A DNA stretch of 64,000 nucleotides, from positions 248,001 to 312,000 of the forward strand of contig OZ037772.1 of the NCBI GenBank assembly GCA_964035545.1, read 5' to 3'. This stretch comes from Bugula neritina (Eukaryota > Animalia > Bryozoa). Below, one piece after another: positions 26,946 to 41,194 of the stretch. The notes under the pieces were generated by a model. It searched no databases. It was not told the origin of the DNA and saw nothing but the letters and a program-made list of their open reading frames with translations. Numbering within the stretch: the stretch's first letter is position 1; every line of letters starts with the position of its first letter. The position numbers and the translations under genes were made by a program.

Positions 26946-27139
26946 TGAACACATAGCTAAAACATTAAAGCTTTAACTGCAACCGTTTTACCTTTTTAGG
27001 TTGAATGCAATAAAAAGAAGTGCAGTGTCAAATATACATGTAGCTTCAAGTAGACTTGCACTCATGGCAACTGAAAATCATGGACAATAATAGTTCTATA
27101 CTCAAAATACGTGCAGATAAGTCAGTAATAAGTCTGAAG

Positions 27140-29760
27140 TTGTGTTTATACCTCTCCTGAACAAAGTATTTATGTTTCAGTTAATAACACTCTTCAGAGT
27201 GCACCCTTAAATAGTTTTACTGAAACTCGGTGACATTTCAACTTGAATTTAAATGCTGACTAAAAATTTGGAAGGTATAAATGCAACTTGGCAAATATTA
27301 CCTAAAAACCCCATCTAATAAAATAGTTGTGAAGTTTTAGCTACATGCAACATTTTAATAGGCAAAATTACAATCACTCACCCTAGTGCTTACTAATCAC
27401 AAAACCTGGTTTGATAACCGGGAATTTTAAATAACAATTCATTTCATCAAGATTAGCATTAAAGTAAATTTTTTATGGCATTCTCACCAAATAAAGATTC
27501 GCTGTCATTGTCCAACTTTGCTCTTTTAATCAAATTATTAAAAGCACTTTGAACAATAGAAGCTGAGTCTACAAAAGAAAGGAGATGCATGTAAATACAA
27601 GTTTATATCTGAGTGTTATTCCGTGCATTTAATCCAAAAATGTTAATGAGAAAAACTGAAGGCTCTTGAGTGTGTGTTACAAAAATGTTATATAAAGCCT
27701 GAGATCATGCTTTAAAACACTTTAAATATTGCATAATATATAATAAATCAAATAAGTACACTTTAAATATTGCATGATATATATTAAATCAAATAAGTAC
27801 AAGATCAAAATATATATCCATACTATGATTTATTATATGTTTAAATATACATGAAGTGCTAGCATAATGTAGCTAATATTTTATATTATGATCAGCCATA
27901 AGTGATCATTATAATTTTAAACAATGTATATGTTCGCAGTCTAAATACAATAAATAGATAGCTGTTGTCCATATTTTCAATGCAAGCTGATAAAAAATTG
28001 CCAGTGCAGAGTGTGACAGCCGATACTAGTTGCTGTATCAGCTGATAATTGTTGCTGCGTCAGCACGGGTGCTGGTTGGCACGGATGCCTATGTATTATG
28101 ATTCACTTAACAAAGAGTGAATGAATTGAGGACACAGATGCAGGCCCCAACTCTATTTTTTGTTTATTGCCAACAGTATATTTTCTAAGTTAGACTTAGA
28201 CTCGAACTCATACTGATGCTCATACTGTAACCTATAACCATGAGAATTACAAACATCATGTTAACTCAACATTAATTACACAGCTGACAAAACATTTAGT
28301 TAAATAAGTTCAGAACAAAAAATAATATAATACTTGATACTTACAATTAGGTATAGATTGCCTGCATCTTTAGCAGGAGGAAAATTGAGCTGCACTGACT
28401 CATTGAATAAAAATAGCCAGCAAATAGCTATCGCGAAAGCTTTCACAAATAGCTTTAATTTCACAATGGTTTTTGGAAAGCTGCCAAAACTCCTGCAACA
28501 CAGAGATCTATATATGGCCTTCAAAGCTGTTAACATATATTTCATAGAGTTCCAATCACCATTAAAACAAAGTTTGAGTATTTGTAGGCAATATAATTAC
28601 TGAACAGATATACTTTAAATATATATTAACGTAGGAGGTCTAACATTATTCTTAAAAACAAAGTAACAAAAGTAACAAGCTAAAGTTGCTTTCGAAACAA
28701 AATAATGATTTACAGGTATACATATTAAATTAAAATGTTTGGTATTAGATTACATCATATAGTTTTTTTGGTAAGCCTTATGCATGATTGTCTCCCCAAT
28801 CAACCAGAAGTAATATTATGCAGTTTGATGATTTTAGTTATTTAAAAAAGATAATTGTATTTTTAGTAAATTGTTACATGAAACAAAATTGCACATTTCC
28901 TCATAAATTTAACTACAGTTAAAACAACATTATTATTTTTTGGTAAGACTGGAAGAAATTAAAATAATACTCAACCTAAGAAGACACATACCTTTTGCTG
29001 TCTCCAACTTGCTGCTCAACTTTTCATTTTTGCTTCTGGTAGAAACAGGCATTTTTTCTAAGAATTTAGTTATATAGTGTTTAAAAGTACTATGGTTTCC
29101 CAGCAAGCTTTACCTTGCTGAAATGTAACTTTCCAGTGTCAGAATAGCAGGTTTGACAAAATTTCTTATTTATATACTGCTATAATAGTAACAAAGAAAA
29201 TTATCTGTTCCTGCAATTACTTCTACTAAGGTCTAGAGGGAGAGTGCATCCCTATAATTATGCAAGAGATAATAGACCCCTTGTAGTTCTGGGCCAAGTT
29301 TCTTTTCCTCTTCATAATAATCAGGAAGCTTAAGTAAGCTTAAAACTTTTCAATTTACTAAAAATGGCTGCCAAGAGTTGTACTTTAGTTTGAACCTTAT
29401 AAGAAAATCCTGGAACTAGCCAACTTCAAAAGCACTGTCATAATTATAAATTTTTTTGAAGAAGTTTACTCTCAAATACTGTATAATAAAGAAAAATCTT
29501 CAAGCTTTCTTGGTTTTGTGTTATCTCAGTACATGCAAAGTTTATAGTCTCTATGAGAGACCTTTTTTAACTGACTGAGCATAATAGCTGAAAATTTTGT
29601 CTGCTGTCACTACAACGTGAACTTTTATAATAGGAGATGTTAAAAAATGCTTGCAGCTTACTTTTGCAACTATAAATATTAGGCCCTGTAGCATATAAGA
29701 TACACCAAGTTCCGTTCACAATAAACCTAATGGGAATCAAGAGATATTAAATTCAAAGTT
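27140..29760 (-). pseudogene. Possible heavily decayed, unidentified minus-strand gene (similar exon-like pieces at 22240-23475)
   Basis: Coding-like stretches ending at GT donors (e.g. KHYITKFLEKMPVSTRSKNEKLSSKLETAK|gtatgt at 28992) but many stops; no family recognised. Confidence 0.25.
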
Positions 29761-32700
29761 ATTAACACATATTATTGAAAACTATTTATACATGTCTTAC
29801 TCTTTTTTTTGTGTAGGTAGTAAAATTATATGACTAGCAAGAAATTTAGATTTTGATATTCACCCATTGCGTGAACAATATTTTTTCTAACTAAATTAAT
29901 TTACTTGAAAAATTTTCAAAACAGGGAAACCAATTCAGCAACTAGTTCTAAAGTTTGAAAAAGGCATGTAGCACCAGTGCTACACAGGTCGTCTGTCTCT
30001 AAGAGTAACAATTCAGTTTAATTCCAATAGACCATGTAAAACTCAGCCAATCAGCGAAGTGTACCAGGTCAATGTCTTACCATTGTAACTGATATAAAAT
30101 TCTGCAAGTTCAATTGCAAAATGCATGCTTCTAAAAGCTAGTTGTGCAACTTTTTTTTATGCATTATTTAATTTCATATCTTAAATTGATGACTCTTGAA
30201 ACGAAAAAGGGCTGGAAAGCTACACAACTTTGAGACATTTCTCATACAGACAGCTGTTTTATAAGAAGTGTTTACATAAGAGTTGTGACCATTGACTATT
30301 ATAGACAGGGTTGTAAAAATGTGGACACAGTTTTAGGATTTCTTATTTTAGGAATCCAATATTTTAGTCATGTTATGATAGCATCAACTTAATAGCAAAA
30401 GCTTTGGTGGAATTTGAGATAATGCTTAATTACTACTCAAAGCAGAATAGTTTAGTATTTTTTTTAAAAAGAACATAATATTATATTTGTATTTTCTTAT
30501 AAATAGATGTTTATTATACATGCCGATCATAAAAGTCAACTCATTATATGGTACACAAAAATTATATCTGTAAATGAACATGTGCCTGCTACAGCTTAAG
30601 AATAAAAAAAATAAAATGAGAAGGAAACAAAACGTATTCAACTGGATGAGTCATCAGATGACATTGCTGTATAAAATGACGGATTAGGAAAGAGAAAGCC
30701 TGTGGAAACAAAGCAACACTGAACTACAATGTGGCTAACAAATACTAGGTCAGCAGAAATAATATCAAAACCAATGAATAAAATACCAAGAGGTGTAAAA
30801 TATCAATATAAGTACACATAGAAAAAATAGGTGATATACAGAATAAAAAGTAACAGTTTAATATTGATAAAGCTTTTCATTTTCACACAAACATAATATC
30901 TTTACAAGGCATTATTGTATATATAACGATTTGTATTAGAAGAGAGAAACAATATAATTTAGTATGCTCACATGGAGCTATAGAAGGAAATGTCAGCTAG
31001 AAGAGGAAGGAAATGGAGGTCAAGGCCAGCACCGCAATGTCAAGGTCAACTGGAAGAAAGTAGTTTTAGGTCACGACTTGTCATTCTCAAACATGGCGGC
31101 TAGTTTGAGCACACTTTTGGACTAGAAAAGGAAGGAGGCGAGGAGACCACAGAGCTCTCTGGGGAGGGAGGTAAAACACGTTTCAGCTACAAAGCAAGAG
31201 TTGAAAAGAGAAATAATTGGAAAAAGTTGAAAGTTTACTCAATTTGATCAAAAGTGAACAGATATTATTAAAAAAAATTTCCAGAGATTTTAAAGCTGCT
31301 ATGCCAGGACAACTATAGCATATTATAATTATATTATAATAATCATATTACATAATATATTATATTGTTTATATGCCATATTACCATTATATTATATTAT
31401 AATCATACTATATTATAAATATGGTATATTATTATATTATATACTATCCATGTACATGACTTGCACCAAGTAGATGCCAAACGTTACCTTTTCTGTGTTG
31501 ACAGCTTGGGGCAAAACTCTTTTGGGTGGAAGGTCTGAAATAGATGGGGAAGAGATGATTCACCGCCCCTAGCAGAGGCGTGATGTCAGGAGAAAAATCT
31601 GAGGTCAAGTTACAACAATTTCTTCTCATGGTGTTGGCGGCTTTGAGAAAGATAGCTCTGTCGTACTCCTTGCCTGAAGACAGGAAAAGATCATTGTACT
31701 TCCATAAAGGAAACGTACATGAACTGTATCAGAAGGTCAAACTAACATATTATGTTAATGGTAATGGAAGATGTAACAATCTTATTGAGAATTGAAGGCT
31801 CTATTAATAGTAATCATTAGATATTTGAATTTGATTTGTGGGAGTCTAACGCACTCACCCTGAGTAAACATCAGTTTGAACAGAGCACTGAGGTTATCTC
31901 CAATACTGTTGAGACTAGCTATAGCCTGGGAGCACATATCATATTGCAGGCACGGGTCTATGTCGGTAGGTTTCCTCTTTAGCGTGGCAGTTGCCGGCAC
32001 CTGCACAACATGAAATAACTACCACCTGCTATCCGTTGACATATGTGAGACCAGTTGCTAGTGACATCAAATGACAGGTACTTGGTTAGCAAATTTATAC
32101 AAAGGTGAGAGTTCTACTGTCACTTGATCAAAGCTTCTGACACTCTTCGCCAAGTGTGACTCATAAATTATATATGACTTAGGCTAGCAGGTGAGCATGA
32201 GCTCATTTTATAAGCTATGTAGCTCAAAACTATGCAAGCATCCTACCATAAAGAGACACCACTACACCGCACCATTAGTATGAGAGTCTTCATAAGAACT
32301 AAAGCTACACTCAAGTCCCACCAGCATGATAGAATATGTCACATACACTTACTATTGCACATATAGTCTATGGATGAGAAGGTTGCAGTCAGCTTCTCTG
32401 TAGATGTATGGATACATTGAGCAAGGGCACCTTGGGCACATGCCATGGGCACATCTGTTGACAGCTGTCAAGTACATGGCAGTACATGTTGATGCACTGC
32501 CTCGTCTATGTTACCCAGCAGTGCCTGCAAACAAATATGGAAATATTACTTAGGAAATGAGCAGAATTCTTTTTATTTTAGAGATTTTACATATTCTTAC
32601 ATTAACAAAGGCATAAATTTTGAACATCTACATAAAATATTAGAGATATCTTAAATTTTTCTGCAAAATCTGTAAGTTGAACACCAAAAAAAAAGTTTCG

Positions 32701-33617
32701 GCCCAACATAAAATGTCAACCATTGGAGAATCTTCTGGCTCTATAAGTTTGTATCATGAGGATGTATTTAATACGATGTTACGTGATTATATGGAGTTGT
32801 CATCACAATACAAAATAGTGATAGTTTTGAGCAACAAGTCTTATATTATTATATGAACTTATGGAGAAACAGCATCTTGGGAACATAGGCTTTACATTAC
32901 TACATTACAATACACACACATGTATAACAGAAGTTGAACAAAATATTTTTATATTCCCATCCTAAAAATTTCAATATTTTTGAAGTCAGTTGGGTTCTAC
33001 CTTTTATATGTACACTGTTCAGTGGAATGCTATTCTAAACAAAGAAAGTGTTATTTACACTCATTAATTTTAGTTGCTAAGAGAGCTAAAGTTGCAGATA
33101 ATTCTTTTCCTTTCAGATAAAACGTGTTACATATGCATATGAATATGTTCAACTGATGATAGCAATTAAAATACAAATACCTTGCAACATAAAATAACAC
33201 AACACTTGCAAAAAACTGCTTACAATAGAATTTGCAGTTCTAACTGTAATATTGAGTCTACCCTGTGGTACTGTAGTGTAATGGTAGCACGCCAGCGGGT
33301 GGAAAAGTTTTTAATCAAGTTTTGGGTTTGAAAAGAAATTAGGACTCACCTGCTGACGCTGCCTTAATGTAGCTCTTCAAAATGCTGCCAGCAGAGATTC
33401 TACACAACTCACACTGCTGCAGTATGCAGTCAAACACCTTCCTGCTCCCTGCATTGGTTGCTATAAACAGTACAGAGCTACACGTATGAGATAAGAGTGG
33501 ACTAACAGAGTAGTCTCTGAGAATTTATACAAGGTATATGATCAGAGAGGAGATTATTCCAAAACAGCCGAAACTAGGTTGGTGCGAAAATAATCCGACT
33601 TAATTATTGACTTTAGT

Positions 33618-33800
33618 AGTAATGACTTCATTAGCAATGACTCAATTAGCAATGACTCAATTAGCAATGACTCGATTAGCAATGACTCAATTAGTAATGA
33701 CTTAAATATAGTAATGACTTAATTAGTGACGACTGCAACTTATATAGTAATGGCAGTATTAGCAATGATTTAATTAGTAACAGCAGTAATAGCAATGACT
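33618..33800. repeat. 15-bp minisatellite
   Basis: Unit attagcaatgactca, decaying to the right. Confidence 0.8.
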
Positions 33801-36800
33801 TCTGCTTTAGTAATTGAAATTTTTGTAAAACAATTGACAAACAATTGAGTGAAGACAAAAAGCAGAAAAAATAACCGAATACCTTTTTTTTTGTAGACTG
33901 TAGGAGACGAAATCCTTGCACATGGAGAACATGGTACTGGAAGACATGAGCTTTGACCTTGACCTGCCTCTGACCTTCATAGATGGTGACTGTTGATTGG
34001 CTGAAGCAGAGTTGAAGGCGAACTCCATAGAGGTGAGTTTATTCTCAGAGCTAAGGATCTCGCTCAGACTGTCAATAGAGAAACACAGAGATAGAGCTGC
34101 TCTACTCATACGTGGTGGAAGTTGATAAATGTCAAATAAATACCAAAAATATTACACTCATTTGTATTGGAAATTGAATGAAATCAGTAAAAAGTAAACG
34201 ACATATTTGAATTATCAAATAGCAAAGACGTTATGTTGTTGGCAATTTAATTATCTATTTTCTCAAATAAATATTATAAAGTATAAAACATAGTCCCAGA
34301 AAAACTCCACTGACAGAAATTGAACTTAAATTGGTGATCGAGCCAGTCCCAACATGTAAACACTAGATTTATCCCAGTGATTAGGCCAACAAAACTAAAC
34401 TATAAGATTCTTAGGCAGATGCGAGGAGTAGTTAGTGGAACTGTTATAGTGCAGACCATACTTAGCCTTAGTAGCTAGATTACCTGGTAACCTGCTGATT
34501 GAGGGAGGTCAAGGAACTCTTCCAACTGTCACCTAGGTTGGAGAATACAGCCAGACACTCATGAGGTGTGTTACTGTGAAGTAACTCTCACATGTCGGCT
34601 AGTCTCTCCTCAAACTTGGACACAGTGAGGTGTGTGTATCTATTGTGTTGTTTATCCGTTACCTTGACAACCATAACATTGTCCACTTCTTCCTGTTCAA
34701 ATACCTAGAACAGACAGACGCATGGTGTGTAACATAATTACATAAATATTTATAAATGTATATATATAAATAAACAAGTGTATGTGAGTGTATGTGTGTG
34801 TGTGGTGCGTGTGTGGTCTGTGTGTGCGTGCATGTATCTGTGTGTATTATTGACACAATCAAAGGCAAAATTCAACCTAAACAATTTTATCAATAGCTGG
34901 GTAGAAAGTACGGATCACATAATTTTTGTGAAAAAAAAACTTTTACACATGATAATTGAAAAACTAAAATAAAAATGCATATTTTTAATATCATCTGGTA
35001 CATGCTTTAATTATGGCAGACACAAGGCATGCACAGAGAAAGATAATTTCTTTAGTACATACTGTGGGTAATGCTGATGTGGACACTATGAACAATGCAA
35101 GTATTATACAGGAGTTGTCTACTCTTTGAAAACAGATAACTTGCTGTAGGCATTGACTTTAATTGAATCAGTTTATTGCCTTCCCTTATAAGAAGAGCGA
35201 CCTTATAAAGGTCAGTTTTACCCGACTCTACAATAAATAGGAGTAACTCAGACTAACATTATAGGCCCTCCTGGGTTATTTTATCATGTAGTTTTCTCAT
35301 CATACGTTACAACTCATTAGGATCTGGTAGTAGGAAAATATAAAAAAGATATTTTAATTTAGGAGGAAAAACTGAAAAGTTACCAAAATCGAAGATGAGG
35401 TCTAGCGGAATATTAAGAAACTTCTCACAACAAAGTAATTAGCAATGAAGGGTCAGAGGTCAAGCATACACCAAATCTAGCAAATTTATTATCTTTAACA
35501 GCCTCTCAATGAAACCATGCCATGCCTAGTTCATGTCATAGCAACATACAACTGAGGGGGTGGGGGGGAGCATGACTAGGTTAGGAGAACATAACTCTGA
35601 AAAGAAAACAATGAGCTGTGTAATTATGTATGTTGATTTTCCAGGTACAGCAGGTGTAGAGCTCAAAGGATTACCAAATTTTAATATTGATATAGAATGC
35701 AATATTGAGTTTTAAAGGCAGTCATAAAAATGAAAAAGAAATAAAAGTAATGGCGCTGTGATGAATACAGATAATTAAAGCTGAAACTTCTGAACTTTCT
35801 AAAACCACACTATGAGAGACTACGCCGCCGTTGCAATCAACAATTGCAAATAAATGTTGTAAAAACTCATATTTCTTTTTTATTTGCTTCCACAACAATG
35901 CTGAAGGAGATGAAGACTATGAGTGAAAACAACACAACCCTTTCTCTCTTACAGATCTAGATTGAGTATAGATTCACCATAATCCATTAGAGGGTATCGA
36001 GACACCAAATTACCGACCCCTACTAACTGAAGCTCACCACTAGGAACTGAAGCTAGGCTCTTCACAGCCACTTCCTCTTTGCCTCCTTTTAGGTGTTTGA
36101 GTCCCGCAGACTGGAGAGGAAGCGCTGGGCCGAGGAGATGGTAGGTAAAGAGTCCGTCAGCACGGCAGTGTGTGTGCGCTGCTTTACCTGCAACGGAGTA
36201 TTTAGAAATATTCTCAGCAAAAACATTTCAATCACTGACTGTGTAGTTACAGTGAAAGTATAATAATACCATAATATATAAGTCATCATAACATTGAAGT
36301 ATACAATGATAACTAAACATATATGCCGAGTGATGACCAATGTGCGTGGGAACATTAATATATACACATCAAACGACCAATATGCTTGGGGAATACTAAT
36401 GAAGACATGACTGTACACAATAAACAGGCTTACTGATCATTCTTCGCTTCCTCAATCTTAGTCTTGGCAAACAGGAAGTCCTTAGGAATGCTGGAGGACG
36501 TGCGTTTAGATGGGTCAACGCCGGCGAGGTGATTAAAGTGGAAATAGAGATCACCACCGATAATAACTCGGTCTACCTACAGACATGATAACAGGAAATG
36601 ATTCAAGATTGAAAATATTACACTAAACTAGCATAGTAAATAAACTACAAACACTAATCTATCAGTTTCATAAGCAATTTCATCACCCATATAATTGGAT
36701 AGAATCAAGTAGAGTTTGTCACCTAATACACTTCACAATTGCTATAAAATCGAAAATGTAACGCTGTAGAAATTTTGTAAGCAAATTAGAAATGTTAATT

Positions 36801-37159
36801 GACGAGTTTTATACACAATTGCATCACACATGTAACTAAAAAGAATTTAGCATGAGCAAGTGCATTCCATAATTTCTTACAGGTTATTCTAATACTTAAA
36901 CACCACAAGGTTCATATATACAGTATAAGTAATGCAGTCATACAGTGTCATTAGATGCACATAGCTAGCAGAATCTGGCCACACAGTAAGCTGGCAGGTC
37001 CACAGTCAGTGAGGTTACAGTTCACACGTCTTACGTGGTTCAGTGTCATTGAGTCCACAATCTGCTCTCCATTCACAAAAGTGGGAGCTTCCTTATCAAT
37101 AGGAGTTATCACCACCTGGTTATCTTTATGCACCAACAGACTGTAACAAGGACACTACA

Positions 37160-37740
37160 TCTGAACAGATTGACTTTTGACTTTTTTTCTTTAATATTTG
37201 TTCATGCCTACTTATATTATAGCCAGTATTTACACTGAATTTCACAACGTGTTGTCATGTCTGTGATATGCAATCAATCAATCAATCGAATCACCAATCA
37301 ACTAAAACTGCGTCTTCTTTCGAGATGTGACTTAAATTTAACACTTTACTCTACACCACCACGTTCTCTATGACATAGTATTCTATTTGAAAATTAAGAA
37401 ATGCTTGCTTTTTAAGTACCACATGTATACTTGGACCAAATGTAACTGTAAGAATACCGTAGATAGTAAAACAATTTGTGTCGAAAGTACAAACACGAAG
37501 AATAATACCACCAAGATCAAAAGATTTGGCAGCAAATTATACTTCATTACAATTACAAACTAATGCATAGTTACACTGATTGAAATTGAGTTATACTTCA
37601 CTTTACTAATATATTGATGGATTGGTTTATTACATATCACAGACATGAAAACATGTTGTGAAAGTCAGTGTAAATACTGGCCATAAAAAGTAGGCATGAA
37701 TAAAATTGAAAAAAGAAAAAAGTCAGAACTCTGTTGGATT
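37160..37740. mobile_element. Old MITE with about 120-bp imperfect terminal inverted repeats, in a KIF14 intron
   Basis: ttcatgcctact...gccagtatttacactga.tttcacaac.tgtt.tcatgtctgtgatatg is mirrored at 37632-37700. Confidence 0.75.
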
Positions 37741-37940
37741 ATTTAAAATAAAAGATCATTTAAAGCATTAACAAGGTATCTCTGCCCCATGCTTCTCTAT
37801 ATTTAATGGTTTGATATCCTGGTATTGGCAGTAAGTCATATTTCACTATACTAATAAGCTGAATAAATGACAAATTTTATTAGAATTAATTAACTTTAAC
37901 CAGAAATGCTATTTCACTTTCTATAGAAAAGTTACTGTTT

Positions 37941-38195
37941 AAGGGCAGACAATCACTAATACTCACCAGTATGTACGAGGGTAGACAATTACTAGTACTC
38001 ACTCTCAAGGGCAGATAATTACTAGTACTTATGAATATGATCAAGGGCAGACAATTACTAATACTCATCAGCATGTTCAAGGGTAAACAATTACTAATAT
38101 TTATCAATGTGATCAAGGGCAGACAATTACTAATACTCATCAGCATATTCAAGGGCAGACAACTACTAATATTCACCAGTATGTTCGAGGGCGGA
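37941..38195. repeat. About 36-bp minisatellite
   Basis: Unit aagggcagacaattactaatactcatcagcatgttc, about 7 copies. Confidence 0.85.
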
Positions 38196-40737
38196 TGCCT
38201 CTTCTCTCACATTTTCCTCAACCAGTTTCTGTTTCAACTGCCAATCTCTCTGCTGATTTTCCAAGTTCAACTCTTTCTCCTAAACACAAGCATGACTTGA
38301 TATATATAACTGTCCTACAGTAACAGCAGTAGTCACATGTATTGAGATACAAAAGAGGTATTATAAGTATAGACAACAACTTGGCAGTCAAACAGATCTG
38401 AAATTTATAGTCTTTGTCTGGTTTGTAGTCTAACATCAGCTCTAAATTAAATTAAAAAGAATGCATTACGAAATGCAATACATAGTAACCGCCTATGATT
38501 TATTTAGAATAGACTACATTATATATATTATTGTATACATTATATAATATCATATAACATGGCAAATATCACATAATACTGTATAAATTATACAGTATTA
38601 TATAGTATATAATATTACCCCGCCACACGCGCAGGACCACGGCGGTGAAAGGTGACCAAAGATGATCATAGTAAATAATATTACATATAATTATATTTTA
38701 TAAAATTATTTTATAAAACTACTATAATGTTTACGTAACGTCATAAAACAACCGACTACAGACACGAGAGGAAGTTGTATCACCTTCAGAGCTTTGCGAA
38801 GATCCACAATCCCCTGCATGGTGGAGAGACTGTCCCGCCCTAACCTGATTGCTTGGCCCTCAGTCTACCTTTCTCAGCCCACAGCTCTCTGATCAACTTG
38901 ACAATGAGATTTTTATTTACTCTAGCGAGGTTGACTATAGAACGGGCTGTAGATGTGAAGAAAACATGCTACCCAACACCAAGATTCATACCCTCAATTA
39001 TAACTTTTCAAAAGAAAAATAAAAATTGTAGAAACTTTGGAAGTTAGATGTGTTTTCAAAATGTGAAGTAAAAAACACAATCCAAAAAGAATATAACCAA
39101 TCACATGACTTGTTACATATTTAGACGCTGAACACTTTTTAAATGAAGCAGATAATCATAAGTGGGCTGAAAAGCATATTACAGTAGCTAGTTAAAAACA
39201 CACATACTCCCACTTTTCTCATAAACTGTAAATACGCCCACACTCACATTGGTACCTGAACTCATACTGAAAGCGTTGCTCATAGCTGGTTCATATTGAT
39301 ACTGATATCATGAAGTTAATAATGATATTCATCCTCAATAGTAAAGTTAGTAAATGGTATTGATTCACCCACAATGACAATTACTTGCAAAAGTTATATA
39401 TTATTTATTTATTGACTTGGTGAGTTATTTAATTTTATCAGTTATAATGTGTATCATTCAAATGCGAATGTTGAAAATGATCTAGTCAATTTGATTACCT
39501 CATACTAATTTCGATTCATCACAATTGTCGCAATAATTTTGCCAATAATTCAGTTTCACGATGCTCATTCAGTGATTGACAGCTAGTCTTACATTGACCT
39601 TCAAGCCTAAAGCAACAGAATCTAACAGTAAGTGTAACTATAAGATTAAGTATATTTAGTTTACTATCAAGTATTAACATTACCACGTAAAATTAAAATC
39701 TGTCAGTGTCTATAAAATTAAATTCTATAAAGCAAAATTACAAACCATTTTTATTCATGCTCTAACTTTGAAACCAGTGATACAAAAATAGTGTCATATC
39801 ACTATTTGATATTCATGATGATATTGTTCTTGTAATTGATGTTCACATTCTGTTAATGTTATTCGTATTGATATTATTATTGGTATTGTGATACTGATCG
39901 TCATTCTGATTTAGTGAATTTCACTATGATTGTGGTTGCCCCTGGCCTGGCAACTGGCTCTTCTCATTGCCACACTCAGTCAGTCACTCGTACTGAGAGT
40001 GAGTACGCCGTACGGTATTCACACTCACAGTGATTGTCGTTGGGATTGTCAATATTGTCATACTGATACTCATAGTCATTCAACCATACTCATTGTGATT
40101 CACAGCGAATGCTTGAGTGAATTGATACTGATAGCACATTGAGCTTGACATTAGGCATTAATTGATTAATTTCAAGTGATTATCTTTTACTTCGAGTTTT
40201 ACCTCGTAGTCGTTGGGTTCAGCTTCAACTTGGTGTTGGTTTCAAAGTTGAAGCATCAGGATATTGTGAATATGAAGAGAAGATGAAGCAGCTGTTTGGG
40301 GTGTAAACAAACCTAAATAGTACGCAAAAATTATAAATACTAAACGAAGAAATCAGCGGCGATGAAAAGCACCGCTTGTTACAGGGTTTCTAAATTTATA
40401 TTGCTATAGTGATGAGAAATCGCTTGAAGCAGCATTGAATAGGTAGTCACCGAGTGTATTGACTTAAGAGCATCAAGTTTAAAATGCAAACAAATTCTTA
40501 CACAAACTTTGCACGTGGTCACTACTCATTCGGTGCTGCTTCTAGTGATCTTCAGAACAACAATAATGGTGACAGACAGTGAGCGTAACGCATGATAGTT
40601 TGAAAAATCTGTAAGTTTATAAATTTATATTGCAGTTGCTTGTAGATAGTGCTAGTATATTAATAGTGATAAATTGATTTATAATTATGTTTTATTGTTA
40701 TACTATTGTACTTGTAGCCTATATATATATATATATA

Positions 40738-40890
40738 TATACTGTGAGTTATTATATTATATACTGTGAGTTATTATATTATATACTATGAGGCATTATA
40801 CTATATACTATGAGTTATTATATTATATACTATGAGTTATTATATTATATACTATGAGTTATTATATTATATACTATGAGGCATTATAAT
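40738..40890. repeat. 22-bp minisatellite preceded by (TA)n
   Basis: Unit atactatgagttattatattat. Confidence 0.85.
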
Positions 40891-40899
40891 ATTATAAAC

Positions 40900-41194
40900 T
40901 GTTTCCCCAACAATGAGTGGAGACACAACTCCAACAAATGGCCAGTTGATGCTCCAATGACCACGGCTCTCTTCACAGAAGGTGTGACAACTCTACAGGG
41001 GGACTATGTCCAAGGGTTGGGCTACTACGAGTACGTCCCGCAATACTTCAGATGTTCTGCTTTTTTCTTTAAACCCTTTATACTATACTAAAATTTATGT
41101 TAGATTTCTAGTTAAGCTTCCAGGCTACGTTACATCCAGAGCCTTTGCAGACACGCTGCCTGCAGCTCAGACACATGCAGACACTTGGCAATAG
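40900..41194 (+). pseudogene. Unidentified two-exon gene fragment (about 40900-41030 and 41104-41194)
   Basis: Donor ga|gtacgt and acceptor gttag|a join in frame: FPNNEWRHNSNKWPVDAPMTTALFTEGVTTLQGDYVQGLGYYEFLVKLPGYVTSRAFADTLP. Confidence 0.4.

Larger units (their letters stand above)
31070..38946 (-). pseudogene. KIF14: KIF14-like kinesin-3 pseudogene lacking the motor domain; exons approx. 38784-38946, 38200-38279, 37034-37140, 36434-36576, 36038-36187, 34484-34532, 33884-34068, 33350-33460, 32354-32524, 32027-32183, 31859-32000, 31488-31674, 31070-31186
   Basis: Neck ARSIVNLARVN..VKLIRELWAE, FHA end FVNGEQIVDSMTLNH|VDRVIIGGDLYFHFNH...PKDFLFAK (human KIF14 HGDRVILGGDHYFRFNHP...PKDFEFAK), and MCKDFVSYSL; in-frame stops (e.g. 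32468-32470), frameshifts and missing exons. Confidence 0.9.

Noticed and set aside
33268-33331. tRNA gene (A-box-like tagtgtaatggtagcac); also a B-box-like motif near 58108
   Set aside because: No cloverleaf or acceptor stem; at most tRNA-derived SINE debris
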